From assembly GCA_038213805.1 (NCBI GenBank), contig JBBQSO010000111.1, forward strand, positions 1 through 15,451: a DNA stretch of 15,451 nucleotides. The letters run 5' to 3'. The notes beneath the pieces were generated by a model, which saw nothing but the letters and a program-made list of their open reading frames with translations, had not been told where the DNA came from and made no database searches. Shown here in pieces: positions 14,401 to 15,451 of this stretch. Position 1 is the first letter of the stretch, and each line of letters begins with the position of its first letter. This DNA is from Planctomycetota bacterium (GTDB lineage Bacteria > Planctomycetota > UBA11346). Position numbers and translations under genes: made by a program.

Positions 14401-15387
14401 GACTGGCTGGCCGAGATCGTCGCAGCCGTCCCAGCCGACCTCCACCGTGGCGGCGGTTCCCGACACCCGCCGCTCGGCGGTGCGGCACGAGCCCGGCAGC
14501 GCGCGCACGCGGTGGCCCGCGGCGTCTTCGATGGCGAGGGTGAACCAGGGCGCCGCCGGATCGCCGAGCTCGCAGCGCACGCTGAGCGGCTGCGCCACCG
14601 GCGGCGGTGTCGCGGCGGCGACAGGCGGCGGCGCCGCGCGGTGGCCCTGCGCCGCGAGTTCGACCTGGCCGTAGATGCGCGGCACCTCCCAGAACCAGCC
14701 GGTGTGCACCGCCCCGGGCGCGACCAGATCCATCATGTGGTTCACCGGCCAGCCATGCCCGGAGTCCGGCCCCCACACCAGGTCGAGCATGCAGTCGAAA
14801 CGCTCGCCGGCCTTGGGGGCCCGTCCACTGGCGATGATCGCAGCCCACGGGATGCGCAGCTCCTGGACGTAGCCGCTGCCGTCGGCGCGGCGCTGGAACG
14901 CCTCGGTGACGCCCAGTTCCGCGAGCGCGTCGTGGTAGACGATCGGCTTGTCGTCCCACGGGAACCAGCCGTCCAAAGCGATCGCCGCCGCGCGGCCGCT
15001 GGGCGTGTGCCAATAGCCGATCAGTTTGCTCTCGCGGTCGGTGCGCAGGTGCAGTTGCAGCGAGTCGGCGTGGAAGCACTTGCGCCGCTCGATGTCGAGC
15101 GCCGGGTCGTAGGCGTTGACCATGGGCGTGGGGTCGCACCAGTCCACGCCCACGTACAGCGCCTGCGCGTCGTACATCATCATCACCCAGGCGCTGTAGG
15201 TGCCCGCCAAGGTCGCGGTGTCGGCGCACACCGGGATGCGCGCCGAGGCGTCCCAGTCGTCGAGCCGGCCGTCGATCGCCACCGGCCCCGGTGCCGGCAG
15301 CGCCAGCAGCAGGTGGTTGTCGGTGGCCGCGCCGGTGGCGGCGGCGCAGGCGGCCCAGGCGAGCGCGAGGCGGAGCGTGGCCTTCAT
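11491..15387 (-). CDS. Large secreted protein (1298 aa), full-length paralog of 7468-11376 with the same domain order
   Basis: Signal peptide MKATLRLALAWAACAAATGAA. LPAPGPVAIDGRLDDW, YDAQALY, YVQELRIPW (CBM9-like). LAIEDAAGHRVRAL...VGWDGCDDLGQPVLPGTY (FlgD-like). Propeller repeats (ALAFAPDGTLF, ALAVDADGGVVVAD, GLAVDAAGLIWATE). C-terminal IDGDLADW, WDAQHLY, GDAVDLQLG, YRVEAAVPW, RTYWSN. Confidence 0.88.
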   Translation of the reverse strand: MKATLRLALAWAACAAATGAATDNHLLLALPAPGPVAIDGRLDDWDASARIPVCADTATLAGTYSAWVMMMYDAQALYVGVDWCDPTPMVNAYDPALDIERRKCFHADSLQLHLRTDRESKLIGYWHTPSGRAAAIALDGWFPWDDKPIVYHDALAELGVTEAFQRRADGSGYVQELRIPWAAIIASGRAPKAGERFDCMLDLVWGPDSGHGWPVNHMMDLVAPGAVHTGWFWEVPRIYGQVELAAQGHRAAPPPVAAATPPPVAQPLSVRCELGDPAAPWFTLAIEDAAGHRVRALPGSCRTAERRVSGTAATVEVGWDGCDDLGQPVLPGTYHAVGLTRGELTATYEQCFYNPGTPPWTTADGTGAWGADHTPPCCVAAAGDVVVIGWGGVEGGTGIIGVGRDGRKRWGASQGARLLAADGGIAYFILDDFWSGKRGLGRLDAATGAYLPWTIAGRAEMPVDLATALGGAQPGAVTGLAARGDRLVLAFAGGEVVEFSAATVTPRRRLALAGAGALAFAPDGTLFALAGGRPWRLDLEHGTSAPLAVPAGIDCRALAVDADGGVVVADLGPDQQIKVFAADGRLLRTAGARGGRPRGAFAPQTIAAVSGLAVDAAGLIWATENWDLPRRVAVWGRDGTLVRDYVGNAAYAACGAYLHDQDPTRAYAGAVELIRDGAARSWRVGGVLWSPDAARGERLAITGGLATPQRFTSAASGHPREYLFARSDWGESGLTVFMEGAGGWRPVAAITLVGHLSGRIADGKAVAMPDGAFAGLDPFDGVFWNDRNGDGVAQRDECEVVPARRAAAQVGAGGEGPLPLDCGWGGRMGQDLAIYARGLVAYRPLGFAADGAPRYGRAGMSELSVADAGDLVPLDDERRLIVLSSTGYGGESYVRGLEYGTWRECWRYPSHAHGVHGSHHAPAASPGEIIGALKIIGSAHLDQGGAVFAIRGNLGQDFLMTSDGLYVGELFRDVRLPAPPLPATEAALAGRRIDDRSEGGEPFNGWFGRQSDGVVRICTGIPGQAALVAQVHGLESLRRCAGAPFTVTAADAVRAADARAARLVATAPPRRALIHRLAAPPRIDGDLADWPGIVGEPLGRADAPEHGTFRLGWDAQHLYVAFEVTDGSPWENAGRDPQLLFKTGDAVDLQLGIGAPPADGAVGAGHLRLLFAPCAGRPLCVLMRPIDKAAPPGVGLTYRSPVGDRHFDRVTTLATAEVAVSVDARGYRVEAAVPWAELGVAPQSGLELRGDTGFISSDGGGRSDVARTYWSNPATNLVNDAPSEAWLVPATWGTFTCE

Positions 15388-15394
15388 GGCGCGC

Positions 15395-15451
15395 TCAGTT
15401 GACGTTGGTCGCCGACAGCGCGAACACCGGCCCCGGCAGCTCGAGCGCGCC
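15395..15451 (-). CDS. 3' end of an upstream co-oriented gene (...GALELPGPVFALSATNVN*), product unassignable
   Basis: Open minus-strand frame with GC3-rich codons from the window edge to a TGA at 15397-15395, 7 nt before the next ATG. Only 18 codons are visible. Confidence 0.6.
   Translation of the reverse strand, partial: GALELPGPVFALSATNVN

Noticed and set aside
9065..15229. Arg/Pro/Gly-rich same-strand alternative-frame ORFs (9065-11161, 13049-15229; also 526-1530 and 2425-3396)
   Set aside because: Composition is typical of off-frame translation of GC-rich genes, and each lies inside a well-supported CDS with no sign of a frameshift.

Overview
High-GC (roughly 70% by eye) bacterial DNA with eight protein-coding genes, two of them cut by the window edges. 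I found no RNA genes, mobile elements or CRISPR array. The protein architectures suggest a PVC-group organism such as Planctomycetota (inference). There are three blocks. (1) <1-1586 (-): a gene missing from the ORF track because it runs off the edge. It encodes a Zn-ribbon, a TM helix, a Pro/Ala/Thr linker, a trypsin/HtrA-like domain whose catalytic Ser aligns to Gln, and a YVTN-like beta-propeller. (2) 1961-5828 (+): a divergent three-gene operon of a membrane-anchored solute-binding protein (SBP) fused to a vWA domain, a paralogous SBP without vWA, and a 2-TM coiled-coil protein, with no ABC permease or ATPase. It ends in a perfect 13-1-13 palindrome and C-rich, G-free tracts. (3) 6051->15451 (-): a secreted-protein cluster with an SGNH/GDSL esterase, two tandem paralogous ~1300-aa proteins (CBM9/DOMON-like, FlgD-Ig, beta-propeller, CBM9/DOMON-like) sharing WGADH and GVHGSH motifs, and the tail of a further gene. 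An AT-rich promoter/operator-like dyad sits between the two paralogs. The best candidates for undescribed systems are the transporter-less SBP-vWA/SBP/coiled-coil module and the giant paralog pair as a possible uncharacterised glycan-active family. All domain calls come from reading motifs by eye; no searches were run.
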